This document shows positions 1 to 9,820 of a stretch of DNA of 54,619 bases, one piece after another. How positions within the stretch are numbered: the first letter of the stretch is position 1; each line of letters starts with the position of its first letter. A program made the position numbers and the translations under genes. This DNA comes from Deltaproteobacteria bacterium (GTDB lineage Bacteria; Myxococcota_A; UBA9160; SMWR01). The stretch spans positions 1-54,619 of the forward strand of contig JAQBGU010000189.1 of the NCBI GenBank assembly GCA_032128375.1, written 5' to 3'. The notes under the pieces are model-generated. The model was not told the DNA's origin. It searched no databases and worked only from the letters and a program-made list of their open reading frames with translations.

Positions 1-2102
1 TTGCGCTGCAGCATCGGGTAGTGCTGGGTGGTCAGCGCAATCACGGCTGCGGGGTATTCGGAGCCCTGTGATTTGTGAATCGTGATCGCGTAGCCGAGAA
101 CCAGACGATCGAGCTCATCGAACGGGAATGCGACTTGACGACCTTCGAACTCCGCGACGAGCTGGGCACGCGCGACATCGATCTCGACCACCCGGCCGAC
201 ATCTCCATTGAACACGTCGCGTTCGTAGTCGTTCTCGACGCACATGATCTTGTCGCCGGCGGAAAATCGCCAACCCAGGCGTTCTACACTCGGCTCCCCG
301 AATCGTGTCGGATGAAGCGCCGCCTGCAGTTCCAGGTTCAGGCTCTGTGCTCCTACGCGACCGCGATGCATCGGACTCAGGACCTGCACATCGCGCACCG
401 GATCCAGCCCATAGCGCGCCGGAATTCTGTCGCGCACGACCGTAACGATTCGCTGCGCCGCCGTATCGGGGTCATCCGCTTCGACAAAACGGAAGTCCGC
501 ATCGGTCGAGGAATCGAACACCGGCATCCGTCCCGCGTTGATTTCGTGCGCGGCGCGAACGATCTGGCTCTCAGAATTTTGCCGAAACACTTCGCTGAGC
601 CGCACGACGTTGAGCACACCAGATGAGATCGCATCCGCGAGTACCTGTCCGGGCCCGACGGACGGAAGTTGGTCGACGTCGCCGATCAGCAACAACGCGG
701 TCGTCGGAGAGACGGCACGCACCAGCGCGTGCAACAGCGGAACATCGATCATCGAACTCTCGTCGACCACCAGCAGGTCACAATCGATCGGGCGCTTTGG
801 TCCGCGCTTGAAGCCACCGGTCCGAGGGTCCGTCTCGAGCAGCCGATGCAGCGTGCGGGCTTCGTGCCCGGTTGCTTCCGAAAGACGCTTGGCTGCGCGA
901 CCAGTCGGTGCTGCCAGTGCCGGACGCACCCCCTTGGCGGTCAGAATTTCGAGCACGGCACGGACAAGCGTTGTCTTCCCGACTCCCGGTCCCCCTGTCA
1001 GAATCAGCAGCTTCGAACCCAGTGCCGTTGCAACCGCCTGGCGTTGGCTCGATGGCAGCTTCAACCCCAGTCGAGATTCTACCCAGACGATCGCTCGATC
1101 TACGTCCAGCAACGGCCACGGAGGTTTGCCCTTCGCAAGCGCCAACAGCGCCGCTGCGGACTCGCGCTCCATCTCGAACAGGTCTGGAATGAACGCGCAG
1201 GGTCGCCCCGAAACTTCCGTGCGGATCAGCTCGCGATCGGCAATCTGCATTTCGAGCACCGGTTCGATCGCATCCGACCGGACGGCGAGCAACACTTGTG
1301 CGCCGCTGACCAGATCATCGATTGGCAAGCCGCAATGGCCCCTTCGCTGCGCATCGATCAGTACGTGGCGAAGCCCGGCACGCAGTCGCATCACCGAATT
1401 CGGATCGGTGCCAAGCCGCCGTGCAAGATCGTCTGCGATCGTGAACCCGATACCGCGGATGTCTCGGGTCAGCCGGTAGGGGTCGTCGCGAATCAGTTCG
1501 ATGGTTTTGTCGCCGTAGGTCTTGTAGACGCGCAACGCCCGCGACGTACCCAGACCGTGTCCGTGCAAGAAGACCATGATTTCGCGAACCCGACGCTGGT
1601 CCCGGTACGCAGCCGCCAATTTCTCGATTCTCTTGCGACCGACGCCCGGTACCTCTTCGAGCCGCTCCGGCGAATGCTCGATGATTTCGAACACGGCCTC
1701 TCCGAACGCGTCTACCAGCCTCTCGGCGAGTGCCGGACCGATCCCGTGGATCGCACCCGATCCGAGATAGCGGCGAATTCCGCCGAGGGTGTTGGGCGGA
1801 CTGACGCGCAGTTCCTCGGCGCGGAACTGGCGCCCGTGCTTCGGATCGTGCGTCCAGCGTCCTTCTGCAGCGACGTATTCGCCCTGGCTGACGCCCGAGG
1901 TGCGTCCGACAACGGTGACCGACTCAGCCGCCCGTGGCAGCTTCACCCGCAGCACGCAGAACCCCGTGTCGACACTGTGAAATGTGACGCGTTCGACGAC
2001 GCCCCGGACCCGCTCAGGGCTTTGCGGCCCATCGAGCCCCGGAAGCGAGCCCTGCTGGCGATCTGTGTGCGTCACGCGGGAACCGACATGGGGTCCGGCC
2101 AT
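1..2102 (-). CDS. recD2: ATP-dependent RecD-like DNA helicase (RecD2 family); 3' end runs off the window
   Basis: Missing from the ORF track; translated by hand. N-terminal VERVTFHSVDTGFCVLRV, Walker A LTGGPGVGKTT, LLVVDESSMID and GYAITIHKSQGSEY are all in one frame. Start is ATG 2102 or GTG 2075. Confidence 0.93.
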   Translation of the reverse strand, partial: MAGPHVGSRVTHTDRQQGSLPGLDGPQSPERVRGVVERVTFHSVDTGFCVLRVKLPRAAESVTVVGRTSGVSQGEYVAAEGRWTHDPKHGRQFRAEELRVSPPNTLGGIRRYLGSGAIHGIGPALAERLVDAFGEAVFEIIEHSPERLEEVPGVGRKRIEKLAAAYRDQRRVREIMVFLHGHGLGTSRALRVYKTYGDKTIELIRDDPYRLTRDIRGIGFTIADDLARRLGTDPNSVMRLRAGLRHVLIDAQRRGHCGLPIDDLVSGAQVLLAVRSDAIEPVLEMQIADRELIRTEVSGRPCAFIPDLFEMERESAAALLALAKGKPPWPLLDVDRAIVWVESRLGLKLPSSQRQAVATALGSKLLILTGGPGVGKTTLVRAVLEILTAKGVRPALAAPTGRAAKRLSEATGHEARTLHRLLETDPRTGGFKRGPKRPIDCDLLVVDESSMIDVPLLHALVRAVSPTTALLLIGDVDQLPSVGPGQVLADAISSGVLNVVRLSEVFRQNSESQIVRAAHEINAGRMPVFDSSTDADFRFVEADDPDTAAQRIVTVVRDRIPARYGLDPVRDVQVLSPMHRGRVGAQSLNLELQAALHPTRFGEPSVERLGWRFSAGDKIMCVENDYERDVFNGDVGRVVEIDVARAQLVAEFEGRQVAFPFDELDRLVLGYAITIHKSQGSEYPAAVIALTTQHYPMLQR

Positions 2103-2125
2103 TCTACCAGCGAAACCGCGCCGGA

Positions 2126-2947
2126 TCAGCCGTTATTGCGTCTTCGCACTGGCTTGCCACCCACGACGAGTTCACCGGCGGTGTGAACTTCGCCGAGCAC
2201 ATTGTCGAGATAGTCCGGCCCATCTTCGGTGGGAATGAACCAGCCGGTCGGACACATCGTCAAAATCTCGACCAGCGAAAAGCCCTCGCCGGCGATTTGT
2301 GCCTCGAAGGCCCGGCGCAGCATTCCCTTGGTTCGAACGACAGCCTTGGCGTCCGCCACACTACCGCGTGCCACATACGCGACGCCGCCGAGTGGCACCA
2401 GCAGCTCGGCGATCGGGATCGGGTAGCCGTGATAGGCAGCGTCCCGACCCTCGAGGGAACTCTTGGTGCGTTGGCCCAACGCGGTCGTGGCCGTCATGTG
2501 GCCACCCGTTTCGCCGAACACACCGTTGTTGAGCAGCACGCAGGTCACCGATTCGCCGCGCGCCGCGGTGTGGATGACTTCCTGCAGGCCCTCGTTGACC
2601 ATGTCGCCGTCGCCTTGCAGCGTGAACAGCAGCGATTCGGGACGCATGCGCTTGGCGCCGGTCGCGACCGACGGCGCCCGGCCGTGCAGCGCCTGGATCA
2701 GGTCGACATCGATCAGCCCGGTGAATGCGGTATAACAACCGATTCCGATCACACCAATGCTCTGCTGTGCGAAGCCGAGTTCCTCGATGACTTCGAGAAG
2801 CAGGCGGATCGCAACGGGCTCTCCACAACCCGGGCACAGGTCGTGGTCGCCATCGATCAGCAGCTTCGGCTGGAACTCACCAACCCGGTCGGCCGCACGA
2901 CCGGGCGGGCTATCCGTGTCCAATACATACAGCGGGTCGGAACTCAC
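2126..2947 (-). CDS. 2-oxoacid:ferredoxin oxidoreductase beta (TPP-binding) subunit
   Basis: LCPGCGE, GIGC, LHGRAPSVATG, GDGD...NN TPP motif. GTG 2947 overlaps the upstream TGA, with a GGAGG RBS. Confidence 0.9.
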   Translation of the reverse strand: MSSDPLYVLDTDSPPGRAADRVGEFQPKLLIDGDHDLCPGCGEPVAIRLLLEVIEELGFAQQSIGVIGIGCYTAFTGLIDVDLIQALHGRAPSVATGAKRMRPESLLFTLQGDGDMVNEGLQEVIHTAARGESVTCVLLNNGVFGETGGHMTATTALGQRTKSSLEGRDAAYHGYPIPIAELLVPLGGVAYVARGSVADAKAVVRTKGMLRRAFEAQIAGEGFSLVEILTMCPTGWFIPTEDGPDYLDNVLGEVHTAGELVVGGKPVRRRNNG

Positions 2948-4020
2948 AGGGACACCTCCGAACTCGCAAGCGCGCGTTCGACACGGCCGCGGATTTCGCG
3001 TGAATCGAGTAGCGGCCCCATCCCGAAGCCCGCCGAGTCCGACGAGATTCCGCCGATCCCGAGTACCGCTGCGCTGCCCAACACACTGAGCCGCACATCG
3101 TCGATCATCTGGCCTGCGTTCTGCCCCAGAACCGCAATACGCTTCACCCCACGCGCCGCAGCCGCCAGCTCTCGGCTCGGAAACGGCCACAGTGAGATCG
3201 GACGCGCATAACCAACCTTGACGCCCTCGGCCCGCAGCTCGCGCACGACGTGACGCACGAAGCGGGCAACGCTGCCGAACGCGACCACCAGCAGCTCGGC
3301 GTCGTCGGTCGATTCGGATTCGAATCGGGCCTCCGAAGCGTCGATCTCATCGTGTTTCGCCTGTAGCCGCTTCCAGAACGACTCGGGATCGATGCTCTTC
3401 GAGCCCTTCTGCATGCCGATCGGATTGATGTTCCGCGATCGTCCACTGCCGCCCAACGACCCGTCGACCGCCCACTCCTTCGCGACCGGCACGAACGCTT
3501 CGCGCGAAAATTCGACGCCTTCGCTCGTGTGCGCGAGAAGGTAGTCGCCGTAGATTTGAACCGGATTGCGCCAGTGGTCGGCGCGGTCGAACGCCAGCGT
3601 GGTGAGTTCCACCGCTTCCCGCACGTCGATCGGCGCGTAGACGATGTGGCGGTAGTCGCCGTGCCCCCCGCCGCGGGTAGCCTGGTAGTAGTCGCCCTGC
3701 CCGCGCGCCATGTGAAAGACGACCAATGGCAATTCCGCTCGTGTGATCTCCGAAAAAGATTCTTGCATCAGCGCGAGGCCTTGGCCTGTGGACCCGGTCG
3801 CGGCGCGTGCGCCGGTCGCCAGCGCACCCCACGTCATCCCGATCGCTTCGAGCTCGCTTTCCGCGTTGATGCAGACCCCGCCGACCTTCGGGAGGAGTTT
3901 GCCGAAATGCTCGAGCACCTCGGTAAACGGTGTCATCGGGTAGCCGGCGAAGAACCGACACCCCGCCGCGATCGCAGCCGTCGCGATCGCTTCCGAACCT
4001 TCCATCAGCGTGCGCGTCAT
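2944..4020 (-). CDS. 2-oxoacid:ferredoxin oxidoreductase alpha subunit (Vor-like)
   Basis: EGSEAIA..AGCRFFAGYPMTPFTE, AESELEA, GGGHGDY motifs; operon context. Confidence 0.9.
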   Translation of the reverse strand: MTRTLMEGSEAIATAAIAAGCRFFAGYPMTPFTEVLEHFGKLLPKVGGVCINAESELEAIGMTWGALATGARAATGSTGQGLALMQESFSEITRAELPLVVFHMARGQGDYYQATRGGGHGDYRHIVYAPIDVREAVELTTLAFDRADHWRNPVQIYGDYLLAHTSEGVEFSREAFVPVAKEWAVDGSLGGSGRSRNINPIGMQKGSKSIDPESFWKRLQAKHDEIDASEARFESESTDDAELLVVAFGSVARFVRHVVRELRAEGVKVGYARPISLWPFPSRELAAAARGVKRIAVLGQNAGQMIDDVRLSVLGSAAVLGIGGISSDSAGFGMGPLLDSREIRGRVERALASSEVSL

Positions 4021-4289
4021 TTCATCACCTCGATCGCACCCACTTCCGTCACGTCGTACACGACAGGCTCATCATACTGATAGACCTCGATGCAGAAATC
4101 CGGGCACACCAAAAGACATGCACTGCACCCGGTACAGCCCGGCAGCAGCTGCGGAACCCGGGCGCCGCGCTGATTGCGTCCATCCGACATCTGCAACACA
4201 CGAGGTGGACAGGCGGGAATACACAGTTCACAACCTTTGCAACGTTCGAAGTCGATCCGGATCGTGCCGCGGGCTTCGACCCTCGTCAT
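4017..4289 (-). CDS. 2x[4Fe-4S] ferredoxin (delta subunit)
   Basis: CKGCELCIPACP and CTGCSACLLVCP; overlaps both neighbours by 4 bp. Confidence 0.9.
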   Translation of the reverse strand: MTRVEARGTIRIDFERCKGCELCIPACPPRVLQMSDGRNQRGARVPQLLPGCTGCSACLLVCPDFCIEVYQYDEPVVYDVTEVGAIEVMK

Positions 4290-4915
4290 CGCTCGGCATC
4301 CTCGTCGTTCCAGGCCGGTACTCGACCGGCGGGAAAAACGTCGAATCCCACCTTCAATGCGGTCTCGTTGGCGGCGACGTGCTGGCGACGGTAGGACGGG
4401 ATCGATTCGCGCATCGCCTCGAGCAGCGCATCCAACCCGACCACGCTGGTCAGCGACGCGAAGGCGCCCAACAAGACCATCGATGCTCCGAGCGCGTTAC
4501 CGAGATCGGTGGCGATCTGCGTGGCGGGTACTTCGAACACCTGGGGTGTCGAAGCATCCACTTCGCTCGTCTCGAAACCCTTGTCTTTGTCTCGGCCCAA
4601 CTCGTCTTCGAGTCCTTTGAAAAGCGTCGAGTTCACGACGACGAGCGAATTGGGTCGCAATTTTTCGCGCAGCGGTTGCCAGAACTGGCGGTGCATGACC
4701 AGCGCCGCCCAGGTGCTCGACACGATCGGTGGTGACACGATGGGTGCATCCCCGACGATCACCGTGGAATCGGTGTTTCCTCCGCGCATCGTCCCGCCGT
4801 AGGTGCCCAGAAACATCGCGTGCAGGCCTTCGCGCAGTGACGCGCGCGCCAGAATTTGCGCGGCGAGCTGAACGCTCTGCCCGCCGATCCCTGTCAGCAT
4901 GACTTCGCGTTCCAC
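4286..4915 (-). CDS. 2-oxoacid:acceptor oxidoreductase gamma subunit
   Basis: GIGGQSVQ, YGGTMRGG, SMVLLGA motifs. Confidence 0.9.
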   Translation of the reverse strand: MEREVMLTGIGGQSVQLAAQILARASLREGLHAMFLGTYGGTMRGGNTDSTVIVGDAPIVSPPIVSSTWAALVMHRQFWQPLREKLRPNSLVVVNSTLFKGLEDELGRDKDKGFETSEVDASTPQVFEVPATQIATDLGNALGASMVLLGAFASLTSVVGLDALLEAMRESIPSYRRQHVAANETALKVGFDVFPAGRVPAWNDEDAER

Positions 4916-4916
4916 G

Positions 4917-5594
4917 TCAGTTCCGCAGTTGCGAATTGCGGACCAGCCCGCGCAGGCAGAACTCGGTCAGGTGTTGCGCGGCGTCACGATCCGGTGGAGT
5001 GGTTTGCGCGAGGCTGCGCTCGACCCAGCCCATCGCCATCTGGTAGACGGTCGCCGCGTCGCGCTCTGCATCGACCGCCTCGAGTTCACCGCATTCGCAC
5101 GCCGCCGCAATGGCGTCTCGGAGCAACTCGGTCAACTGCCGCTCGCTGTCGCGCACGTGATCCGGAAACAGCTCGGCGAGCCGCGACCTCGACCGCGCGA
5201 ATGGACGCGTCGCCGCGGCCGCTTCCGGGTTCAAAGCCTGGTCGAGCATTCCACCAAGCCACGCGCGAACCTGTCCAACAGGGGAAACGGCAGCGGTCAT
5301 GCGGAGCCGCAAATGGCTGCTGAGCTGTCGAATTCCATCGTCGAGGACGGCGAGCAGCAGCTCGTCCTTGGATCGAAAGTGCCGGTAGAAGGCTTTGTTC
5401 GACAACCCTGCAGCCCGCACGATCTCGCCGACGGTCGGCTCGAGACGTCCGGTATCTCGCACCCGCTCGAAACTCGCGTCGATCAGCTTCCGCACTTCGG
5501 CCGCATACGTCCGCCGCCGCCGCTCGAGTGAGCGGTCCACACTGCGATCTGCGAGTCCGATGTCTCCGCCAAATCGGAGAATTCTATTCTCCAT
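4917..5594 (-). CDS. TetR/AcrR family transcriptional regulator
   Basis: HTH PTVGEIVRAAGLSNKAFYRHFRSKDELL. ATG 5594 chosen from promoter geometry. Confidence 0.88.
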   Translation of the reverse strand: MENRILRFGGDIGLADRSVDRSLERRRRTYAAEVRKLIDASFERVRDTGRLEPTVGEIVRAAGLSNKAFYRHFRSKDELLLAVLDDGIRQLSSHLRLRMTAAVSPVGQVRAWLGGMLDQALNPEAAAATRPFARSRSRLAELFPDHVRDSERQLTELLRDAIAAACECGELEAVDAERDAATVYQMAMGWVERSLAQTTPPDRDAAQHLTEFCLRGLVRNSQLRN

Positions 5595-5630
5595 TTCGAG
5601 AATAGTATTCTCATTCGATACGAAGCGCAA
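5577..5630 (-). promoter_or_regulatory. sigma70-type promoter (TTGCGC-17 bp-TACTAT) overlapped by two GAGAAT-N3-ATTCTC palindromes (putative TetR operators)
   Basis: Palindromes at 5577-5591 and 5598-5612; -10 at 5602-5607; -35 at 5625-5630. Confidence 0.75.
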
Positions 5631-5867
5631 TGACCGGCGAGGCAATGAGTCGACCCTGGGACTCAAACGAGAGCCGACGCCGGTACCCGCTGGACGCCCA
5701 ATCGGCACCCCCGTTGTCGTTGCACCGGTCGCGCGGGTCCCCAACCATTCGGGCGCACCGGCAGCTACTCTGGTTTGGTACGCCGGCCGGGCAGCGGCGA
5801 AACGGCATGATCACGCGAGCCGTCACGCTGCCTTCGTCACGGTCCAACGCAGGCAACGTTTCCCGAA

Positions 5868-7148
5868 TCACACGCGAATGTGCAGCGTCTCCAAGCCGCG
5901 CAGCACGACGTTGCGGCCGCGCTTGGGCGGGGTACTTGCGAGCCTCATGTCTGGATAGAGCGACACCAATGCGGATATCGCCGTTCGCGCCTCGAGCCGC
6001 GCCAGTGATGCACCGAGGCAGAAGTGGATCCCCGAGCCAAGACTGACGTGTCGATTGTCGGTGCGGCCAATGTCGAGCTGATCGGGATTTTCGAAAACTT
6101 CGGGATCGCGATTTGCGGCGGCGAGCCCGGCAACGACGGTCGTGCCGCGCTTCATCGCGATCCCCAGCCACTCGCAGTCATCGCGTACCGTGCGCGCGGT
6201 GAACTGCACGGGTGGGTCGAAGCGCAGCAGCTCCTCCACCGCTGAGTCGATCAGCTCAGGTTCTTCGCGCAGCCGCTCGAGCTGCGCGGGATTGGAGAGC
6301 AGCCCCAGCACCCCATTGCCGATCAGATTCGTGGTGGTCTCGTTGCCTGCGATCAGCAACAGGCTGCAAGTGCCCAGCAGTTCCTGCATCGAGAGGCGGT
6401 CGCCCTGCTCCTCAGCCGCCAGCAGGCCGCTGATGAGGTCATCGCGTGGATCGCCCCGCCGACGCTCCGCAATCTGCGTCAGGTATTCGCCCAGTTCGTT
6501 GCTCGCCAGAATCGAGCGACGTAGTTCAGCCGATGAGATGATGCCGAGCCCCTTGACGACTTCGTCCGACCAGTGCTTGAAGCGCTCCCGGTCCTGCTTG
6601 GGAATGCCGAGAATTTCCGCGATGACGAGCACCGGAAGCGGATAGGCGATGCTTCGAACGACACAGAACTCAGTTCCCCTGGACACGGGCGCCAACAGCT
6701 CCGCCGCGAGGCTCTCCATTCGTTCCTGCATCGCGCCGACCATGCGCGGTGTGAACGCCTTGCTGACCAAGCCACGCAATCGCGTGTGATCTGGGGGGTC
6801 GGCGGACAGCATCGTCGGGTTGTCGAGTCGTTCAGGCGGGCCACCGGCTGCGATGTACGACTTGCGACGACGCGGGTAGCGCTTGCTCAGACGCTGATCG
6901 GCCGAGAAGCCGTCATTGCGGAGCATCGCCAGTACGTCGCGGTGACGAGTCAGCACCCAGCCGCCGAGCAACAATGCCCGATGCACGGGGTCGCGCTCGA
7001 GCAGCCGTCGATAGCCGGGGTAGGGATTTTCGTAGTAGGCGTCGGTCCCGACCTCGAACGACGCTCCGGACGTGGCGCGCTCCAGCATGGCAGCGCCGCG
7101 CGAGACGACGCCCAGGAGTGCCTCGGCCAACTGCGTTCGAATCGCCAT
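5868..7148 (-). CDS. Cytochrome P450
   Basis: DPPDHTRLR, AGNETT I-helix, EELLR (ExxR), LGSGIHFCLG heme motif. Confidence 0.95.
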   Translation of the reverse strand: MAIRTQLAEALLGVVSRGAAMLERATSGASFEVGTDAYYENPYPGYRRLLERDPVHRALLLGGWVLTRHRDVLAMLRNDGFSADQRLSKRYPRRRKSYIAAGGPPERLDNPTMLSADPPDHTRLRGLVSKAFTPRMVGAMQERMESLAAELLAPVSRGTEFCVVRSIAYPLPVLVIAEILGIPKQDRERFKHWSDEVVKGLGIISSAELRRSILASNELGEYLTQIAERRRGDPRDDLISGLLAAEEQGDRLSMQELLGTCSLLLIAGNETTTNLIGNGVLGLLSNPAQLERLREEPELIDSAVEELLRFDPPVQFTARTVRDDCEWLGIAMKRGTTVVAGLAAANRDPEVFENPDQLDIGRTDNRHVSLGSGIHFCLGASLARLEARTAISALVSLYPDMRLASTPPKRGRNVVLRGLETLHIRV

Positions 7149-7323
7149 GCAGTACCCTCCGATAGTCAAAGAGTGTAGTGCGGGGCGCCCGGTGTGGAAT
7201 GCAGTCGGAATACTGCTATCGGCGATCGGGCGGAATCTGAAATAATGCGTCAGCGCGCTGTCGCTCCCGCATTCTCAACGGCCTGCTAGATTCTTCCGTC
7301 CCTTTTCAGAGGATTCCTTCGTC

Positions 7324-8172
7324 GTGTCCCGCTTCGATATCCAGCCGATTTCTGGCGTCTTGGGAGCCGAAATGATCGGTCCCGATCTCTCCAAGCCGCT
7401 TTCTCCCGACGCGTTCGATCAGATCCACCAGGCCCTGATGGACTACGGCGTGATTTTCTTTCGAGACCAGTCGCTCACGCACGCCGAACAGATCGCTTTT
7501 GGTGTCCGCTTCGGCCCGCTGGATGTTCACCCCATCGCCAACGGCCTCGAAGACTACCCGGAGGTGATCCGCGTGCTGAAGCCGGCGGGCGAGTCGGCGT
7601 CCTTTGGGGTGGGTTGGCACACCGACAATAGCTTCTTCGAACAGCCCAGCCTTGCAACCTGCTTGTACGCCGTCCGTGTACCCCCGTACGGAGGAGACAC
7701 ACTGTTTGCCAGTATGGAACGCGCCTACATGGATTTGTCCGACACCATGAAAGGTTGGATCGACGCAACCGAGGCGGTACATAGCGCCAGCCGCGCGTAC
7801 GATCCGAAGCTGACGGGCGAAGCCAAGTACCGAGGCGAAGCAGCGATCAGTTATACCTACTCCGACGCGATCAATGCGGAAGCCATCCATCCCGTGGTCA
7901 GGACACACCCGGAGACTGGACGCAAGAGCCTGTATGTGAACCCGATGTTCACCCAACGCATCATCGGACTCGCTGCCGACGAGAGCGACACGGTGCTCGC
8001 GTTCCTGTTCAACCACTGCGCGAAGCCCAGCTTCGGTAGTCGTTTTCGCTGGCAGGCGGGCTCGGTGGCACTTTGGGACAACCGCTGCGTGCAGCACTAT
8101 GCGCTGGATGACTACCGCGAATTCGAGCGCCTGATGTATCGGGTCACGATCAGCGGTGATCGGCCCGTATGA
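7324..8172 (+). CDS. TauD/TfdA family Fe(II)/2-oxoglutarate dioxygenase
   Basis: WHTD, GGDTLF, HPVVRTHPETGRKSLYVN, WDNRCVQH. Confidence 0.93.
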   Translation: MSRFDIQPISGVLGAEMIGPDLSKPLSPDAFDQIHQALMDYGVIFFRDQSLTHAEQIAFGVRFGPLDVHPIANGLEDYPEVIRVLKPAGESASFGVGWHTDNSFFEQPSLATCLYAVRVPPYGGDTLFASMERAYMDLSDTMKGWIDATEAVHSASRAYDPKLTGEAKYRGEAAISYTYSDAINAEAIHPVVRTHPETGRKSLYVNPMFTQRIIGLAADESDTVLAFLFNHCAKPSFGSRFRWQAGSVALWDNRCVQHYALDDYREFERLMYRVTISGDRPV

Positions 8173-9044
8173 AACTGCTGGTGCTCGACGCGTACGCGCC
8201 ACAGGGAATCGAAGCGTTGGTCGGCGCCGGCGGCACGGCTGCGGGCGAATTGTATGCGTCGCAGTTGCGCAGATCCGCGGCGCGTCTCTGCGTGGGTGAT
8301 GCGGCAATCGGCGTTGAAATCGAAATTGCGTACCCGGCCGATCCGGACTCGAAACTACCCGGCGGCACGGAACTCGCGGAATACGACGGTGCCGTATGGA
8401 CCGGCTCGAGCCTGACGATTCTCGAAGCCGACAAGCCGAGCGTCCGGCGCCAGCTCGAACTGGTCCGCGAGTTGATCGACGCATCGGTGCCGTGTTTCGG
8501 AAGCTGTTGGGCCGCGCAACTTGCAGCCGTTGCCGCGGGCGGACGATGCGCGGCCAACCCGCGTGGTCGCGAGTTCGGAATCTCTCGTCAGATCACGCTG
8601 AACGCCGAAGGCCAAGCACATCCGTTATTCGTCGGGAAACCCGAAGTCTTCGATGCGTTCACCAGCCATGCAGACGAGATCATCACGCTTCCGGCGAGCG
8701 CCACACTGCTCGCGTCCAACCCATTCAGCCGAGTCCAGGCCGTCTCGATCGAACACCCGGGCGCGAGTTTCTGGGCAGTTCAGTATCACCCCGAATATGA
8801 CACCCACGAGGTTGCAGCGCTGTGTCGGCTGCGAGCGGACGAGTTGGTCACACAGGGCGTCTTCAGCGACCGCAACGCCGCCGACCGCTTCGCTGAGGGT
8901 CTCGAGACACTCCACACCGACCCCAGCCAGCGAGAAATCGCAACCGAGCTGGGGATTGGCCCCACGCTAATGGACGAAAGAGTTCGCACTCGCGAAGTCG
9001 AGAACTGGCTCACGCACGTGGTCATGCCGCGCGCGGATTCGTAG
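8169..9044 (+). CDS. Type 1 glutamine amidotransferase-like protein
   Basis: WTGS, nucleophile GSCWA, QYHPE; ATGA overlap with the TauD gene. Confidence 0.87.
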   Translation: MKLLVLDAYAPQGIEALVGAGGTAAGELYASQLRRSAARLCVGDAAIGVEIEIAYPADPDSKLPGGTELAEYDGAVWTGSSLTILEADKPSVRRQLELVRELIDASVPCFGSCWAAQLAAVAAGGRCAANPRGREFGISRQITLNAEGQAHPLFVGKPEVFDAFTSHADEIITLPASATLLASNPFSRVQAVSIEHPGASFWAVQYHPEYDTHEVAALCRLRADELVTQGVFSDRNAADRFAEGLETLHTDPSQREIATELGIGPTLMDERVRTREVENWLTHVVMPRADS

Positions 9045-9136
9045 TTTTCGATCGTTCACCAACCCAGCGGACCTCCCGACCGATTTTTGCAGATCTTCGC
9101 GCTTTCGAACTCGTGATTGACGGTGCCGGCTCGCGG

Positions 9137-9652
9137 CTAGTCGAGCGTCAATTCCACCATCAGCTCGGATGCGAGCGACTCGAGGCTGGCGCGCAGTTCG
9201 TCCAGGTCGAGACCGGCCGGGACGCGGAGGTCGGCCGTCGCGCGAAACAGCAGCTCGCCCGACATGGGCGCGCTTTCGATCGAAGTGTTCAGCTCGTCGA
9301 GGTTGACACCTCGGCTCGCGAGCGCGCGGGAGATTTCGCGAATGATGCCGGGCCGGTCACTGCCGAGCACGTCGAGGTGCAGGTTGCGTGAGGCGTCGGG
9401 TGGCGAGTCCGTATCGCTGCTCGCGATGACGACGTGAAGCCCTTCGGGAGACAGCGACCTCAGCGCCTCAGTCAGGCCGGCCGCCTGATCTTTCGGGACA
9501 CTGACTCGCAGGATCCCGGCGAACTGGCCGGACATCTCCGCCATCCGACTTTCCAGCCAGTTGCCATCGTGGCTGGCCACCGACCTTGCGAGCGCCTCGA
9601 CCAGACCGGGACGATCGGGACCGATCACAGTCAACACGAGAGATACCGTCAC
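9137..9652 (-). CDS. Tandem ACT-domain protein (GcvR-like)
   Basis: Two G(P/S)DRPG(L/I) ACT motifs; GAGGAGG RBS before GTG 9652. Confidence 0.87.
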   Translation of the reverse strand: MTVSLVLTVIGPDRPGLVEALARSVASHDGNWLESRMAEMSGQFAGILRVSVPKDQAAGLTEALRSLSPEGLHVVIASSDTDSPPDASRNLHLDVLGSDRPGIIREISRALASRGVNLDELNTSIESAPMSGELLFRATADLRVPAGLDLDELRASLESLASELMVELTLD

Positions 9653-9820
9653 GCAGCCTCCTCGCTCTGTACCTTGATTGCCTTCATTACCTTCATTGCG
9701 ACATCCGCAATTGCGCATGCTACCTCGATTCGGCGATCGAAAACGCAATCCCCTACGAGTCGGGTCGCGGAATTCACGAAAATTGCGGTATTCAGTCCGC
9801 CCGCTTCGAAGGAGACCCTG

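Noticed and set aside
75..2186. Long plus-strand ORFs (75-626, 538-1479, 669-2186)
   Set aside because: Antisense shadows of recD2 in GC-rich DNA; no motifs. The same applies to most other overlapping ORFs in the track.
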